39,568 nucleotides of DNA from a virus. Numbering within the stretch: position 1 is the stretch's first letter; every line of letters begins with the position of its first letter. Below the pieces are notes generated by a model. It did no database searches, had not been told where the DNA came from, and saw nothing but the letters and a program-made list of their open reading frames with translations. Positions 22,321 to 31,750 of this stretch are shown here, piece by piece. The stretch covers positions 1 to 39,568 of the IMG/VR virus record IMGVR_UViG_3300045988_104095; one strand, written 5' to 3'. The position numbers were made by a program, and so were the translations under genes.

Positions 22321-23513
22321 GCCGTCACCCCCGCGATTTCATTGCAAAGCGCGATTATTTCCGCCGCATTCGCCGCGTCGATGTTCGCGCACGCCTGAGA
22401 CTGCTGCTCAGCCGTCAGGGTCTGCTCGGAGTACAGAACGGCAGTCGCGTTTTGCTGCGCGTACTGTTCGGCCTCGTCGCGGGCGCTTTCTGCTGCGGTC
22501 TGCGCGGCCTGCGCGGCACTGGCTGAACCCGCCGCCGCGGTTGCGCTAGAAGCCGCCTGCGCGGCACTGGTTGCCGCCGCTGACGCGCTCGATGCTGCGG
22601 CCGACGCGCTCGATGCCGCCGCGGTCTGAGAAGCCTTCGCCGCATCGGCTGATGCCTTCGCCGCGCTGTTCGAACTCCCGGACTGCTGAGCGTAGTACTT
22701 CGCCGAGTAGTCGATCTCAGCGCCATCGGGCAGGTTGTTTTCCGTCACCTTGCCGTCAGTCTTCACAGCCCAAGCCTGAGCGAGCTGAGCATTCCATTTG
22801 GACGAATAGCCGGCACTGTCGACGGCGCCCGTCATCAATGTCGCCCAGCGCTTAGACAGGTCGCTACTAGCCTTCGATTCGCCAGCAGAAGCCGCAGAAT
22901 TCTGCGCCTGAGTCGTGTCCTCTGTGACCTTCTCGGTCATCACGGCCATGTTCTGATTGATTTCCTCGCGGATGGCGTCCGTATCGGTCACGGCTTGCTG
23001 AGCAATTCTCTTCGCATCTGCCGCTGTCGCGTTCGCAGCATTGGCCGTTCCAACGGCTTGTGTCGCCGCGGCATTCGCATTATTTGCCGTCGTCTTCGCG
23101 GCATTGGCCGTCGTGACAGCCTGCTGAGCCGTCGCCTTCGCGGCATTGGACGTTGTTACGGCCTGAGCGGCATTATTAGACGCCTCAGTCGCCGTAGTGA
23201 CGGCATTGGCGGCATTACTTTCCGCTGTCTTAATACGGCCGTCAAACGTGTTAACAGTAGCGGTTAAGGTGTTGACCTTGCCAATTGCAGAGTTCGCGGT
23301 AGAAAGCGCCTCGGCCGCGTTCTGCTGAGCGGTGTTTGCCGTGTTGAGCGCTTCAGTCGCCTTGTTCAGCGCCTCAGTCGCATCGCCCGTTGCCTCGACC
23401 ATATAGTCGCCGAGGTTGTTAATCGCGTCTTCTGTCTGCGTAAGGACAGACTGCCCGCTGATTGCACCGGTCGGCGTCTTGACGTAATGGAAACGAAATT
23501 CTTTTGATGTCAT
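22317..23513 (-). CDS. Ala-rich fibrous tail fibre protein
   Basis: 398 aa of long low-complexity A/T/S/Q coiled-coil sequence. The C-terminal motif is LTAEQQSQACANIDAANAAE. Confidence 0.7.
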   Translation of the reverse strand: MTSKEFRFHYVKTPTGAISGQSVLTQTEDAINNLGDYMVEATGDATEALNKATEALNTANTAQQNAAEALSTANSAIGKVNTLTATVNTFDGRIKTAESNAANAVTTATEASNNAAQAVTTSNAAKATAQQAVTTANAAKTTANNANAAATQAVGTANAANATAADAKRIAQQAVTDTDAIREEINQNMAVMTEKVTEDTTQAQNSAASAGESKASSDLSKRWATLMTGAVDSAGYSSKWNAQLAQAWAVKTDGKVTENNLPDGAEIDYSAKYYAQQSGSSNSAAKASADAAKASQTAAASSASAAASSASAAATSAAQAASSATAAAGSASAAQAAQTAAESARDEAEQYAQQNATAVLYSEQTLTAEQQSQACANIDAANAAEIIALCNEIAGVTA

Positions 23514-23517
23514 GGCT

Positions 23518-24573
23518 TTACTCCGGCAACTTCACAAAATAGGCAAGCCGATAGAACGGCGGGCGGTCTAGCGTGAGCGTCTGCGTCTCAGACGAGCTGG
23601 TGATTGTGTGCGTGTGCCCTTTGCCTCCGCCCGTGTTATTAAGGTTCATGCTGTGGCTGTGGGTTCCGTCATATGAAGTGTATCCAGTCCAAGACCGCGA
23701 TGCGGCAAAGCTCATATGTCCCCCCAGCGCATCATTCTTGCAACCGGCCTGACTGCCTGCGCTGGAATAGAACGCGCCTTGAGCACCTTCCGCAGCTTCG
23801 TTATCAGTTGGCCAGCTGCCTGTAATCTCCATCGTCCCGCGCCCGTGCGCATGGCTTCCCGCCGTAGACGTTGACCCGGTGTGTGAGTGCGCCGGAATTT
23901 GATCAATCGTCAGAACCGTTTCGCCGACAGTGCCGTTTACCGTGACGCCCGGAACCTGAAGGCTCAAACCGCCGCCGGTCTTGCCTGCATCAGTAACACG
24001 GCTCGGGAGCAAAAACTTGTCGATGAGATTCGGCACATTCCCGCCGCGGCCATCGGAACCGCCGTCGCAGAGGACGTAAGACTCATATGCGTCTGTACTG
24101 CCCCACGGGATGAGCCTTCTGCCGTCAGAGCCGCCCAGCTTGCAGTTGTAAAACGGCGTGACCTGACCGGCCAAGACGCTTGGCAAGTCCTGATTGCTCC
24201 AAACAGTTTTGTCAGCCGAGGGGTTGACAACGCCCTTGGCAGTCCCCGGGCCGTTGGCGACAAGACAGCGATACTTCACGCCGCCCGAAAAAACTTCATT
24301 ATTCGGCTCATAATCGAGCGTGGCGGTGTATTGCATGATGCCGCCCTGCTGGAACCAGCAGATGTAAGTCGAGAGAAGGTAGAGAACCGAATTAAAGTCT
24401 TCTCGGCGAGGCGGGATCCCCCCTTCACCTATAGGCAAAGAGTTCCATTTCCCCCAACCTTCTTCTTGCGAAAGACGGCCTGTACCTGCCTGCAATGCAG
24501 TAACTGGAACCGCGCTTTTATCGCCGTTTTGGGCAATAGGGCATGAAAGTAAGTTTTGAGGATAATTGCTCAT
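23518..24573 (-). CDS. Tail fibre / receptor-binding protein with HxH repeats
   Basis: A collar-like segment (YVLCDGGSDGRGGNVPNLIDKFLLP) and the histidine-pair motifs HSHTGS, GSHAHG, GTHSHS and GHTHT. Confidence 0.65.
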   Translation of the reverse strand: MSNYPQNLLSCPIAQNGDKSAVPVTALQAGTGRLSQEEGWGKWNSLPIGEGGIPPRREDFNSVLYLLSTYICWFQQGGIMQYTATLDYEPNNEVFSGGVKYRCLVANGPGTAKGVVNPSADKTVWSNQDLPSVLAGQVTPFYNCKLGGSDGRRLIPWGSTDAYESYVLCDGGSDGRGGNVPNLIDKFLLPSRVTDAGKTGGGLSLQVPGVTVNGTVGETVLTIDQIPAHSHTGSTSTAGSHAHGRGTMEITGSWPTDNEAAEGAQGAFYSSAGSQAGCKNDALGGHMSFAASRSWTGYTSYDGTHSHSMNLNNTGGGKGHTHTITSSSETQTLTLDRPPFYRLAYFVKLPE

Positions 24574-24585
24574 TTATTGGCTCAC

Positions 24586-24617
24586 AAAGAAAACCCCGTG
24601 AGAAACTTCCCACGAGG
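24586..24617 (-). terminator. Intrinsic terminator between the HNH-like gene and the tail fibre gene
   Basis: The minus strand reads CCTCGTG-GGAAGTTTCT-CACGGGG TTTTCTTT. Its arms and tail are nearly identical to the terminator at 16106..16143. Confidence 0.6.
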
Positions 24618-24623
24618 CGTTGT

Positions 24624-25265
24624 TTACTTCTGTTGTCTTGAAGGTTTAGAGAGATTTTCTTCGCTACAGTTGTTGCGAATCCTTTGGTATATCAGTCCTC
24701 TTGATAGACCCGTTATTTCAGCTATTTCTGTAATTGTCCTCTGCTCCCCTCTGAATGTCACTCTGATCGTATCACTGCGATTTTGTGCGTTCTCTAGGCT
24801 CGTTACAAACCGACAGTTTTCAGGCGAATAACCTTTGTCGTTGTCGATTCGATCTAATTGCAATCCTTCCTTGTATCCGTTTTTCAACGCCCAATCTCTG
24901 AACGTTACATAATCGGTCGCCCACTCTGCGCACACAGATATTCCGCGTTGACCGTAGTTTTTGTACTCTACGTGTCGTTTGCAGGTGCATCGGTTTTTCA
25001 TGCCGCCCCATACCATGTACAGCTTTGCAGCCTTTTTCCCAAATGGTGCGTCCCCGTGTTTTAAGTGCGTTTCTCTAGCCCTTTTAGGTTGCAAACAACC
25101 GCAAGAGCGCGTGTTGCCCGAGGTGAGTGAGGATGTCGCAACATCGCACTCGTTTCCGCACTCGCATTTACAGCGCCACATATAACGACCTTCTTTGTTT
25201 TTGCCGTTCCGATACAACGCTGTAAGCAATCCGAACTTCTGTCCCGTTAAATCAGCAGGCTTCAT
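24624..25265 (-). CDS. Zinc-ribbon + degenerate HNH_3/AP2-like + C-terminal HTH protein; free-standing homing-endonuclease-type gene
   Basis: GQKFGLLTALYR...WRCKCECGNECDVATSSLTSGNTRSCGC, then YMVWGGMKNRC...YKNYGQRGISVCAEW...LDRIDNDKGYSPENCRFVTSLENAQN, then TITEIAEITGLSRGLIYQRI. G+C is visibly lower than the flanks. I prefer the start at 25265; 25298 is possible. Confidence 0.65.
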   Translation of the reverse strand: MKPADLTGQKFGLLTALYRNGKNKEGRYMWRCKCECGNECDVATSSLTSGNTRSCGCLQPKRARETHLKHGDAPFGKKAAKLYMVWGGMKNRCTCKRHVEYKNYGQRGISVCAEWATDYVTFRDWALKNGYKEGLQLDRIDNDKGYSPENCRFVTSLENAQNRSDTIRVTFRGEQRTITEIAEITGLSRGLIYQRIRNNCSEENLSKPSRQQK

Positions 25266-25311
25266 CGCTTTCCGTTTGAGTGAACACGAGGATAACGACA
25301 TTTTATCACGG

Positions 25312-25953
25312 TCAGGATCTATCGCCAGAGATCGTCCGGCCCGGATTAAAAACCCCCTGATCGAACGGCAACAGGTCAGACCCTTCAAACCCAAAAATCT
25401 GCTCATTCGGATAGATGATAAGGAAATTGGTCATCACGCCTGCAGGCCTATTGAGCAAACCATATTCCTGAAGAACCGTCGCTTGCAAGTCTGAAATTGA
25501 ACCAACTACAACAATGGATTGGATTCGCATATTCTGGTAATCCACTGCAAACACCTTGGTATCCGTCAACCGGCTGAGCATTCGATTCATCGTGGCGCAC
25601 GTCGAATCCGACACGTTGCAGACCGCGCGATACATCAGCAGGAAACGAAAATAGTCGTCATCGAATCGGACATATTCGTCTTTGACCTTAATATAGCGGT
25701 CAATGCCGATGCGCTTGCCCCACCAGTCAAGAAATACGCCCTTTGCCGTCTGTACGTCGGCAACCTGCACCGCGATATCATCGAGCTGATCCGTCGCGTC
25801 AATCTCGTCTTGCAAAATCTTTCCGACGGCGTTCATGCGCGGGGCGTGAGCGTACTGGCTTTGCATGGCCACAGACGCGCGACTTGTCACGTCGGCCATT
25901 TCGCGCACGTCTTCGGCAGATTCAAAGTTCTGCCAAGTCTGTGAATCGCTCAT
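25312..25953 (-). CDS. Baseplate/tail protein downstream of baseplate J (Mu gp48-position, DUF2612-like)
   Basis: Assigned by position after the J-like gene. It contains a KGVFLDWWGKRIGIDR motif. Confidence 0.5.
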   Translation of the reverse strand: MSDSQTWQNFESAEDVREMADVTSRASVAMQSQYAHAPRMNAVGKILQDEIDATDQLDDIAVQVADVQTAKGVFLDWWGKRIGIDRYIKVKDEYVRFDDDYFRFLLMYRAVCNVSDSTCATMNRMLSRLTDTKVFAVDYQNMRIQSIVVVGSISDLQATVLQEYGLLNRPAGVMTNFLIIYPNEQIFGFEGSDLLPFDQGVFNPGRTISGDRS

Positions 25954-25955
25954 GG

Positions 25956-27164
25956 CTAACCTCCAAATGTCAGCGTAATCGTTTCAGGCGAGATTGTCGG
26001 CGACTCGTTCGCAGGCACCTCAACCGAGGCCCCTAGTGCGCCCTCGTTCAGCCCCACCGTAATGGCCTTGACCGGCGACGTCGTAACGGCCTGCACGCAT
26101 TTATAAAAGCGGGAGGCGTAAACCGTGCTCGCGAGAGTCACGCGCGAGTTATCAAGCTCGCCTAGGAAGTCTTTAACAATGGCCTCCTTGACGGCGGTCT
26201 GTGTCTCGGCATTCATGTCTGCGCTGAAAAATTCGACCTTAACGCGGAAATCGACTGCCGTCGGGCGGACGATGCGATACGTGTACAAGGCGTTAAAGTG
26301 CTCTTTGTCGACGTGCTTGACTTCCGTCTCGCCATTTGTCCCGCAACCCCCGGACTTGCGCTCAAAGATCACGCGGGCAATGTCCGCGTCTTCGCCGCCA
26401 ACGATGCACACCGCAATGGAATGCGGTTCAAGTTCAAGGGCGTATTGTGTCTTTTTTAAGTTCGTGTAGTTCTCTAAAACGACACAATCGAGTACGCCGT
26501 CAAGCTGCGACAAATTAGCCTGAATATTGGACACAGTGCCGTTTGCGTTCATCGCGTAGGACTCTTTCATTCGGTTGCGCAACTCGCCATCCGGCTCAAT
26601 GTCTCGGCCCGTGGCGCCCGCGGCGGCATTGTTGACGGTATCCCACCCGGCGACCACGGTCACGATCTTCGTCACGGTTTCCGGGCCGATTTCAATCGGC
26701 CCGTGCTCAACTGTTGCAAAGGTCGTTTCCAGCGTGCCCGCGTCTCCGATCGCGGCACCCGCCACGGCAATGTGGCGCAGTTTATTGCCGTTCGCATCCT
26801 CGACGATTGCGCCGTACGGTATCACCGTTCCGCGCAGGCCCGTGCACGTGCAGACTACGACAGTCGGCTCGGATACCTTGCGTTGAAGACCGTAAAGGTT
26901 CGCCAGTGCGTCGAGAAAGATGCCATGAGCAACATCGGGGTTGTATTGATTCGCTAAAAATCCGACTTCGGAATTCTTAGCCTCAACCTCTGCCGTCGTC
27001 AGGTCGACAATCTGCCCGAGCGGCGAAGTTGAATCGACGTTGACGGGATCGCCGTTGGCGGCGGCAGGCATCGCGTCCTGCACGGCCCTCGCCAAATCCT
27101 CGCGCACTTCACGCGTCGACGGAACCATTACGCCCGTTTTCTGATTAAATGTAACTTGTGCCAT
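25956..27164 (-). CDS. Baseplate J-like protein (Mu gp47 / P2 gpJ type)
   Basis: About 400 aa, placed between the W-like and gp48-like genes. The ORF-track start at 27188 is TTG; I prefer ATG 27164. Confidence 0.7.
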   Translation of the reverse strand: MAQVTFNQKTGVMVPSTREVREDLARAVQDAMPAAANGDPVNVDSTSPLGQIVDLTTAEVEAKNSEVGFLANQYNPDVAHGIFLDALANLYGLQRKVSEPTVVVCTCTGLRGTVIPYGAIVEDANGNKLRHIAVAGAAIGDAGTLETTFATVEHGPIEIGPETVTKIVTVVAGWDTVNNAAAGATGRDIEPDGELRNRMKESYAMNANGTVSNIQANLSQLDGVLDCVVLENYTNLKKTQYALELEPHSIAVCIVGGEDADIARVIFERKSGGCGTNGETEVKHVDKEHFNALYTYRIVRPTAVDFRVKVEFFSADMNAETQTAVKEAIVKDFLGELDNSRVTLASTVYASRFYKCVQAVTTSPVKAITVGLNEGALGASVEVPANESPTISPETITLTFGG

Positions 27165-27507
27165 GGCCGTACTCAGTTTCGATTTCAATTGTCCCGCGCA
27201 AGGTGCGCGATTTCTTGTCCATCACTTCAAGGTTGATCGCCGTCACCGCCAGCACGCCCGGCACGCTGAGCGCCGCCCGACGCAATCGGTCGGTGACAAT
27301 TGCAACTTGCAACGGGCGGCCCAGCTGATCCGTGAACCAGTCGATGCCCTCATCGTAGCGAAAGTATGCATCATGAAGGAACAACCGGCATTCGTTGCAG
27401 ACGTTCTGACAGATCGCATCAGCTTTATCCAGCATCTTCAAATTGCCATTGGCGTCGAACTGCAAGTCCCAGTCTGAAGAAAGCCCTAAAGTCTTCTGAG
27501 TGTGCAT
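27145..27507 (-). CDS. Baseplate wedge protein (gpW/gp25-like, Mu gp46 position)
   Basis: 120 aa between the spike and J-like genes. Contains the pattern DWDLQFDANGNLKMLDKADAICQNVCNECRLF. Confidence 0.6.
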   Translation of the reverse strand: MHTQKTLGLSSDWDLQFDANGNLKMLDKADAICQNVCNECRLFLHDAYFRYDEGIDWFTDQLGRPLQVAIVTDRLRRAALSVPGVLAVTAINLEVMDKKSRTLRGTIEIETEYGHGTSYI

Positions 27508-27516
27508 CTCGCCCCC

Positions 27517-28359
27517 TTAGTGTGGCCCTGACGTTTCTTTCCCATCGCCTTGCTCGGTGTGGGTGTGACTCGTGAGGCTGATACCGCTCGCCGTAACGTC
27601 ATCAGAAACCTTAATCGAACCTTGGAATGTAGCAGTCGCGCCCCCGGTGCCGCCCGTAATGCTCATGCCGGACGTGCCGGAGATGTGGCCCGTGACCGTC
27701 AGGTTCTTTTGAATCGCGACGTTGCCCGTGAAGGTGCTTTGAGGGCTGTCGACCGTCAGCGAACTCGATGCATTCACTTTGGCGGTCTTCGTCACAACGG
27801 TTGCCGAGTCCTTCGCGTTCACCGTGACGGTTTCGCAATCAACGATCACCGTCGGGCTTTCCAAATGGTGCTGCTTCGGTGCGACGACATGAATCGTCCC
27901 TTCTTCTTCGATGTGAATGAAGGTCTTCGGCACCTGTCCCCAAAAGCCGCCGATGTAAAAGCCGTCGGACATATCAAAGCATCGGAACGTACCCGGCGCT
28001 ACAGGCGTATTGCCGCCCGTCAGCCGTGAACAATCCTGCTGAGCAAAAATCGCTAGCCCAATATCGCCCACGACCGGATCACAAATCACAGCGGCGGTGC
28101 CGTGCTGAAGTCTGAAATACGGCAGGTGCGGAATGCTCACCGGCTCCAACACATTGCCGTCGGCACCCGTCTGACACACAAGGGGCGTCGCGTCAACGTA
28201 CAGGGCGCCGCTACCGTCAGCGGCCCGCTCGACAACGTCAACGCGGACGGGGATGGCGGTACTCACCATCTGTTTGACGATCGAACGCGTGAAAAATTCC
28301 TGTGCGTTGAGTTCCGACCCTAAGGACGATACCCGCGCATTGGTTTTAAGCTCAGTCAT
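27517..28359 (-). CDS. Baseplate central spike (gpV / Mu gp45-like)
   Basis: The N-terminal OB-like part reads IPVRVDVVERAADGSGALYVDATPLV ... GDIGLAIFAQQD. The C-terminal beta-helix tip reads SGISLTSHTHTEQGDGKETSGP. Confidence 0.75.
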   Translation of the reverse strand: MTELKTNARVSSLGSELNAQEFFTRSIVKQMVSTAIPVRVDVVERAADGSGALYVDATPLVCQTGADGNVLEPVSIPHLPYFRLQHGTAAVICDPVVGDIGLAIFAQQDCSRLTGGNTPVAPGTFRCFDMSDGFYIGGFWGQVPKTFIHIEEEGTIHVVAPKQHHLESPTVIVDCETVTVNAKDSATVVTKTAKVNASSSLTVDSPQSTFTGNVAIQKNLTVTGHISGTSGMSITGGTGGATATFQGSIKVSDDVTASGISLTSHTHTEQGDGKETSGPH

Positions 28360-29216
28360 CTGTCAACCCAAGTTCCTGCGATTTCTGTACGCCACGCGCC
28401 TCCGTTCGGAAGGTTGGCGGCTATGTCGTGCGTCACGCTGTAAATTTTCCAAACCCCCGTGGCTCGCGGCATCGAGCTTTCAATTCGGCACAATCCACAG
28501 ACCATCAGGGCGGGATTAAACAAGCACACCGCCCGAATGCCCAGCGAGTCGAAGCTAGGGTATCCGATCTCCCCGGTTTGCGGGTTGATGACATCAATGG
28601 CCACGGCCTCGCCGCGTGAACTGTCGGGGCCGACCAGCACCATTTTTTGATCGTCAATAACGAGATCGGCGCCGATTGTGTCGGCTACCCACTTGCTTTT
28701 TGTGATCGGGTCGCCGTTAATCGTGCAATTCGTCAGGCTCGATGTTATGCCTGCCGATTCGTATTGCAGTCCCGCCTCACCCGCAAAAGCCTGCATCAGG
28801 CTGTCAACAGTCTGCTCCCCCTTCACTGCCACGGGAGGTGACGGGATCAGCTTCGGATAGGCGGCTGAAATGGCTTCAAGCCGCATCACCGGGGACGGTG
28901 CCGCATTCATGTCCGGCGCCGCGTTCATGATCTCGCCTTGAAAGACAACGGCCAACTCGCGCCCCTCTTCGCCTGCGGCAATCTCAAGCACGTTCCGGCG
29001 TAACGACAGCGCATCAAAAGACAGCATCGTGAGCTGCGTCATTTGATCCTGCGACAGGCCCCAAATCGCAACCTGCGCCTTCGGAAGTTCGGGCGCCCCC
29101 TGCTTCTGAATCCGAACGGCTATCGCGTTCTCCGTGAACGTCATCTGCGAGCCGCTTGAGCCGCCATCATCCATCGTGATGCGGATGCGGATAATCTTTC
29201 GCGTGTAGCTACTCAT
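28356..29216 (-). CDS. Baseplate hub protein (Mu gp44 / gpD-like position)
   Basis: I prefer ATG 29216, preceded by GAGG. Assigned by position upstream of the spike. Confidence 0.55.
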   Translation of the reverse strand: MSSYTRKIIRIRITMDDGGSSGSQMTFTENAIAVRIQKQGAPELPKAQVAIWGLSQDQMTQLTMLSFDALSLRRNVLEIAAGEEGRELAVVFQGEIMNAAPDMNAAPSPVMRLEAISAAYPKLIPSPPVAVKGEQTVDSLMQAFAGEAGLQYESAGITSSLTNCTINGDPITKSKWVADTIGADLVIDDQKMVLVGPDSSRGEAVAIDVINPQTGEIGYPSFDSLGIRAVCLFNPALMVCGLCRIESSMPRATGVWKIYSVTHDIAANLPNGGAWRTEIAGTWVDR

Positions 29217-29511
29217 TGGCCGCCTCGTAGACCAAAATCCACCGGTCGCCCAGTCCGCCATACTGCGGGCGGTCGTTGCCCTGCGTGTCAACCCAATAGA
29301 GCCTAGTCCGCGCCACGGTCTGCGCGAAAGGGATCACGCGCCCGCGTGCAACCGCCAGCGCGTTATCGACAACCCGCACGCCGTCAACCATCAACGAGGT
29401 ATAAATAAATGCCCCGTTTTGGCGTACCGTCACGCGATAATTTTGCCCGTTGACGACAGCGCTCACCGTCTGAAACGGCACGGCAGACAGAGGAATTTGC
29501 ATCCAGCTCAT
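29209..29511 (-). CDS. Small tail/baseplate protein (100 aa)
   Basis: I prefer the start at 29511 (ATGA overlap with the upstream stop). Confidence 0.5.
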   Translation of the reverse strand: MSWMQIPLSAVPFQTVSAVVNGQNYRVTVRQNGAFIYTSLMVDGVRVVDNALAVARGRVIPFAQTVARTRLYWVDTQGNDRPQYGGLGDRWILVYEAANE

Positions 29512-30023
29512 AAAAGGCCCTCGGCAAGTTTTGCGGCCAGCGTCTTCGGTTGCACCTTCCCGGTGCTCACTTCGTCCGAACTCGTCGGATTGCGCGGCGA
29601 CCAAACGACTTTTCGCGTGCCGGTCTGAACCGCCCGGATCGTGATAAAGCCCAGTTCGACGATCAGAGAGCTTGCGTTCTGCGTTACCGATCGCGACTGG
29701 CTGATTGTCTCAAGCGCGAGATTTTCGACCACGAAATACGGCGTCACGAGTTTGCAAAGCGAATCGGTGCCAATGGCCTGCTTCAGACTCCGCAGCGCAT
29801 TTAGGGCTTGTGTCTGAATCGACGGATCACCGTCAAGCGCAAGCGATAGCGACACGGCATCAGGTGCCTGCACCTTGTTATAAGCCGCAAGGTTGCCGCC
29901 TTCTAAAGGCTCCGTAAGCACGCGTGCGGCCTCCGCAAGCGAGCAGGACACAATGCCGACGTAATCGCAAACAGGCCGATCAGAAGCGTTGAGAATCGCC
30001 CACGTTGAAAAGTCCTGAGCCAT
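29508..30023 (-). CDS. Tail protein downstream of the tape measure (171 aa)
   Basis: ORF track, assigned by position. Confidence 0.55.
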   Translation of the reverse strand: MAQDFSTWAILNASDRPVCDYVGIVSCSLAEAARVLTEPLEGGNLAAYNKVQAPDAVSLSLALDGDPSIQTQALNALRSLKQAIGTDSLCKLVTPYFVVENLALETISQSRSVTQNASSLIVELGFITIRAVQTGTRKVVWSPRNPTSSDEVSTGKVQPKTLAAKLAEGLL

Positions 30024-30031
30024 TCAGTCCC

Positions 30032-31750
30032 TCACTTCAAATTGACGCCGCGCGTCGACTGGCCGATAAGTTCCGCCTGACGGTTGAAGCCTCCTGCGAC
30101 CGTGGCGCCGATGGCTCGGCTGATCGCCTGCGCGTTGTCTCTTGTCTCGATGTTGTTCACGACATTCATGCTCGCGTTAGTGACGACGTTGGGAGCCGCG
30201 GCCTTATATGCCGCCTGCTTCACTACGACAATCTCACGCTCGCGGGTGCTCGTGGGCTGTTTCTTCTCCTCGTCGCCGGCCTTGTCGCCGCTGAAACCGA
30301 GGAATTTCCCGATGCCGCCAAAGAGCCCTTTAATAGGTTCGCCAATCTTCTTTTTAATGAGATCGGCGGCGTCATCGAACCACCCTGTGAGCGTCTGCCA
30401 TGCCGTCTTAAGCGCCTCAATGATCGCGTCCGGGATAGCCGTAAAGACTGAGGCGATGCCCTTGCCGACCTTTTTCGCCGTCCGCCAAAGCGTGTTAAAG
30501 CCGATCACAACGCCGTTAATGGCGGCTACCAGCCCGACGATAACGACCGAAACGGCCTTAAAGACAAGCGTCAGGGCGCCGCCTAAAAGCGGCTTGATCT
30601 TGTCCCACAGCCAAGAAAAGCCCTCGCCGAGCGTCTTCAGGCTCTCGCGCAACTCTTCGATGTCGGCGGCACCGGCGCCCATCTTCTTAAGCATTCGCTC
30701 AATAAGGCTGTCGGCGCCTTGGGCGAACCCAATCAGGTCGTCAATAGCGAGCACTAGGGCCGCTACGCCTGCCGCGATTACCGTTACCGGCAGGGCCGCC
30801 ATCTTGACGGCCACGCCAAAGGCTCGCACGGCAATAATCGCGTTCTTAATTGCATTCAGGTTTTTAAGCCCAAACACAAGACCGAACCCGACCGCGAGCA
30901 GGGCAAAGGCGCGGGCGTTCTCGCGGATAATCCCGACAAGGCCGCTTAAGCCGTCAAGCACCTTTGTGACGCCCGGAAGCACCAGCCGCACGAACACATT
31001 GCCGACGTCTTGCGCCGCAATCTTAAAGTCCATCCACGCGACTTTGAACGCGCGGGCGTTTCGACTGTCCTGCGCGGTAAAAGCCGTCTTGCGGTACTTC
31101 GCCATTAAGGCATCAAGCGCCTTTTGTCCTTGCAGGAAAATGGGAATGGCATCGAGCGCCACGCCCTGCGCCTGTAAGAAGCGCTGAGCCGCCCCGCGAC
31201 TCATCCCCTCGACTTTGCTCGCAAGCTGAAACACTTCCTCAGCCGGTCGCCCGGACTGCTGGTAGTAAGCCTTCATCGAGGCAAAGATTGATTCGGCAGA
31301 ACCCCCGGCGGCCTCTGCGGCCTTCCCGAATGCGTCAAGCTCGCGCACCGACACGCCGAGTTGCATCGACAGCCTAGCAAGCGATTCCGACTTATCGACA
31401 TAGTTGCTGAATGTCTGCGCACCACCGGCCACCAGCCCGAAGGTAGCGGCCAACAGTCCGAGCTTCGAGCGCACCAGCTCAATGGCGGGCGCAGCACCCT
31501 TGAAGGAGTCGGAGATAGCCGCGGCGGCTTCTTTCGACGCTTCACCGAGCTTTTGCACGCGTTCGCCAGCACGCGAGAACGAGAGCGCAGAAACGGCGCC
31601 CGTGTCTTTCGACTGCGTGCCGACCGCTTCAAATTGCTCCTTTGCCTTTGTCGCAAAGCTCTCGACCTTCCCACGAACGGCATCGACGCCCTTGGCAAAC
31701 TCCTTCGCGTCAAGCCCGATGGAAATCAGTAATTCGTCAATGACAGACAT
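30032..31750 (-). CDS. Tail tape measure protein
   Basis: About 570 aa, helix-rich and Ala-rich with central hydrophobic segments. It follows the chaperone pair. ATG is at 31750; the ORF track begins at a TTG at 31753. Confidence 0.85.
   Translation of the reverse strand: MSVIDELLISIGLDAKEFAKGVDAVRGKVESFATKAKEQFEAVGTQSKDTGAVSALSFSRAGERVQKLGEASKEAAAAISDSFKGAAPAIELVRSKLGLLAATFGLVAGGAQTFSNYVDKSESLARLSMQLGVSVRELDAFGKAAEAAGGSAESIFASMKAYYQQSGRPAEEVFQLASKVEGMSRGAAQRFLQAQGVALDAIPIFLQGQKALDALMAKYRKTAFTAQDSRNARAFKVAWMDFKIAAQDVGNVFVRLVLPGVTKVLDGLSGLVGIIRENARAFALLAVGFGLVFGLKNLNAIKNAIIAVRAFGVAVKMAALPVTVIAAGVAALVLAIDDLIGFAQGADSLIERMLKKMGAGAADIEELRESLKTLGEGFSWLWDKIKPLLGGALTLVFKAVSVVIVGLVAAINGVVIGFNTLWRTAKKVGKGIASVFTAIPDAIIEALKTAWQTLTGWFDDAADLIKKKIGEPIKGLFGGIGKFLGFSGDKAGDEEKKQPTSTREREIVVVKQAAYKAAAPNVVTNASMNVVNNIETRDNAQAISRAIGATVAGGFNRQAELIGQSTRGVNLK

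Noticed and set aside
30084-31187. A 367-aa plus-strand ORF opposite the tape measure gene. The same situation applies to 32954..34180 opposite the sheath and 23887..24546 opposite the fibre gene.
   Set aside because: The explanation is the same antisense-shadow effect. The products are Ser/Ala/Pro/Arg-rich, and the minus-strand genes have clear functional context.
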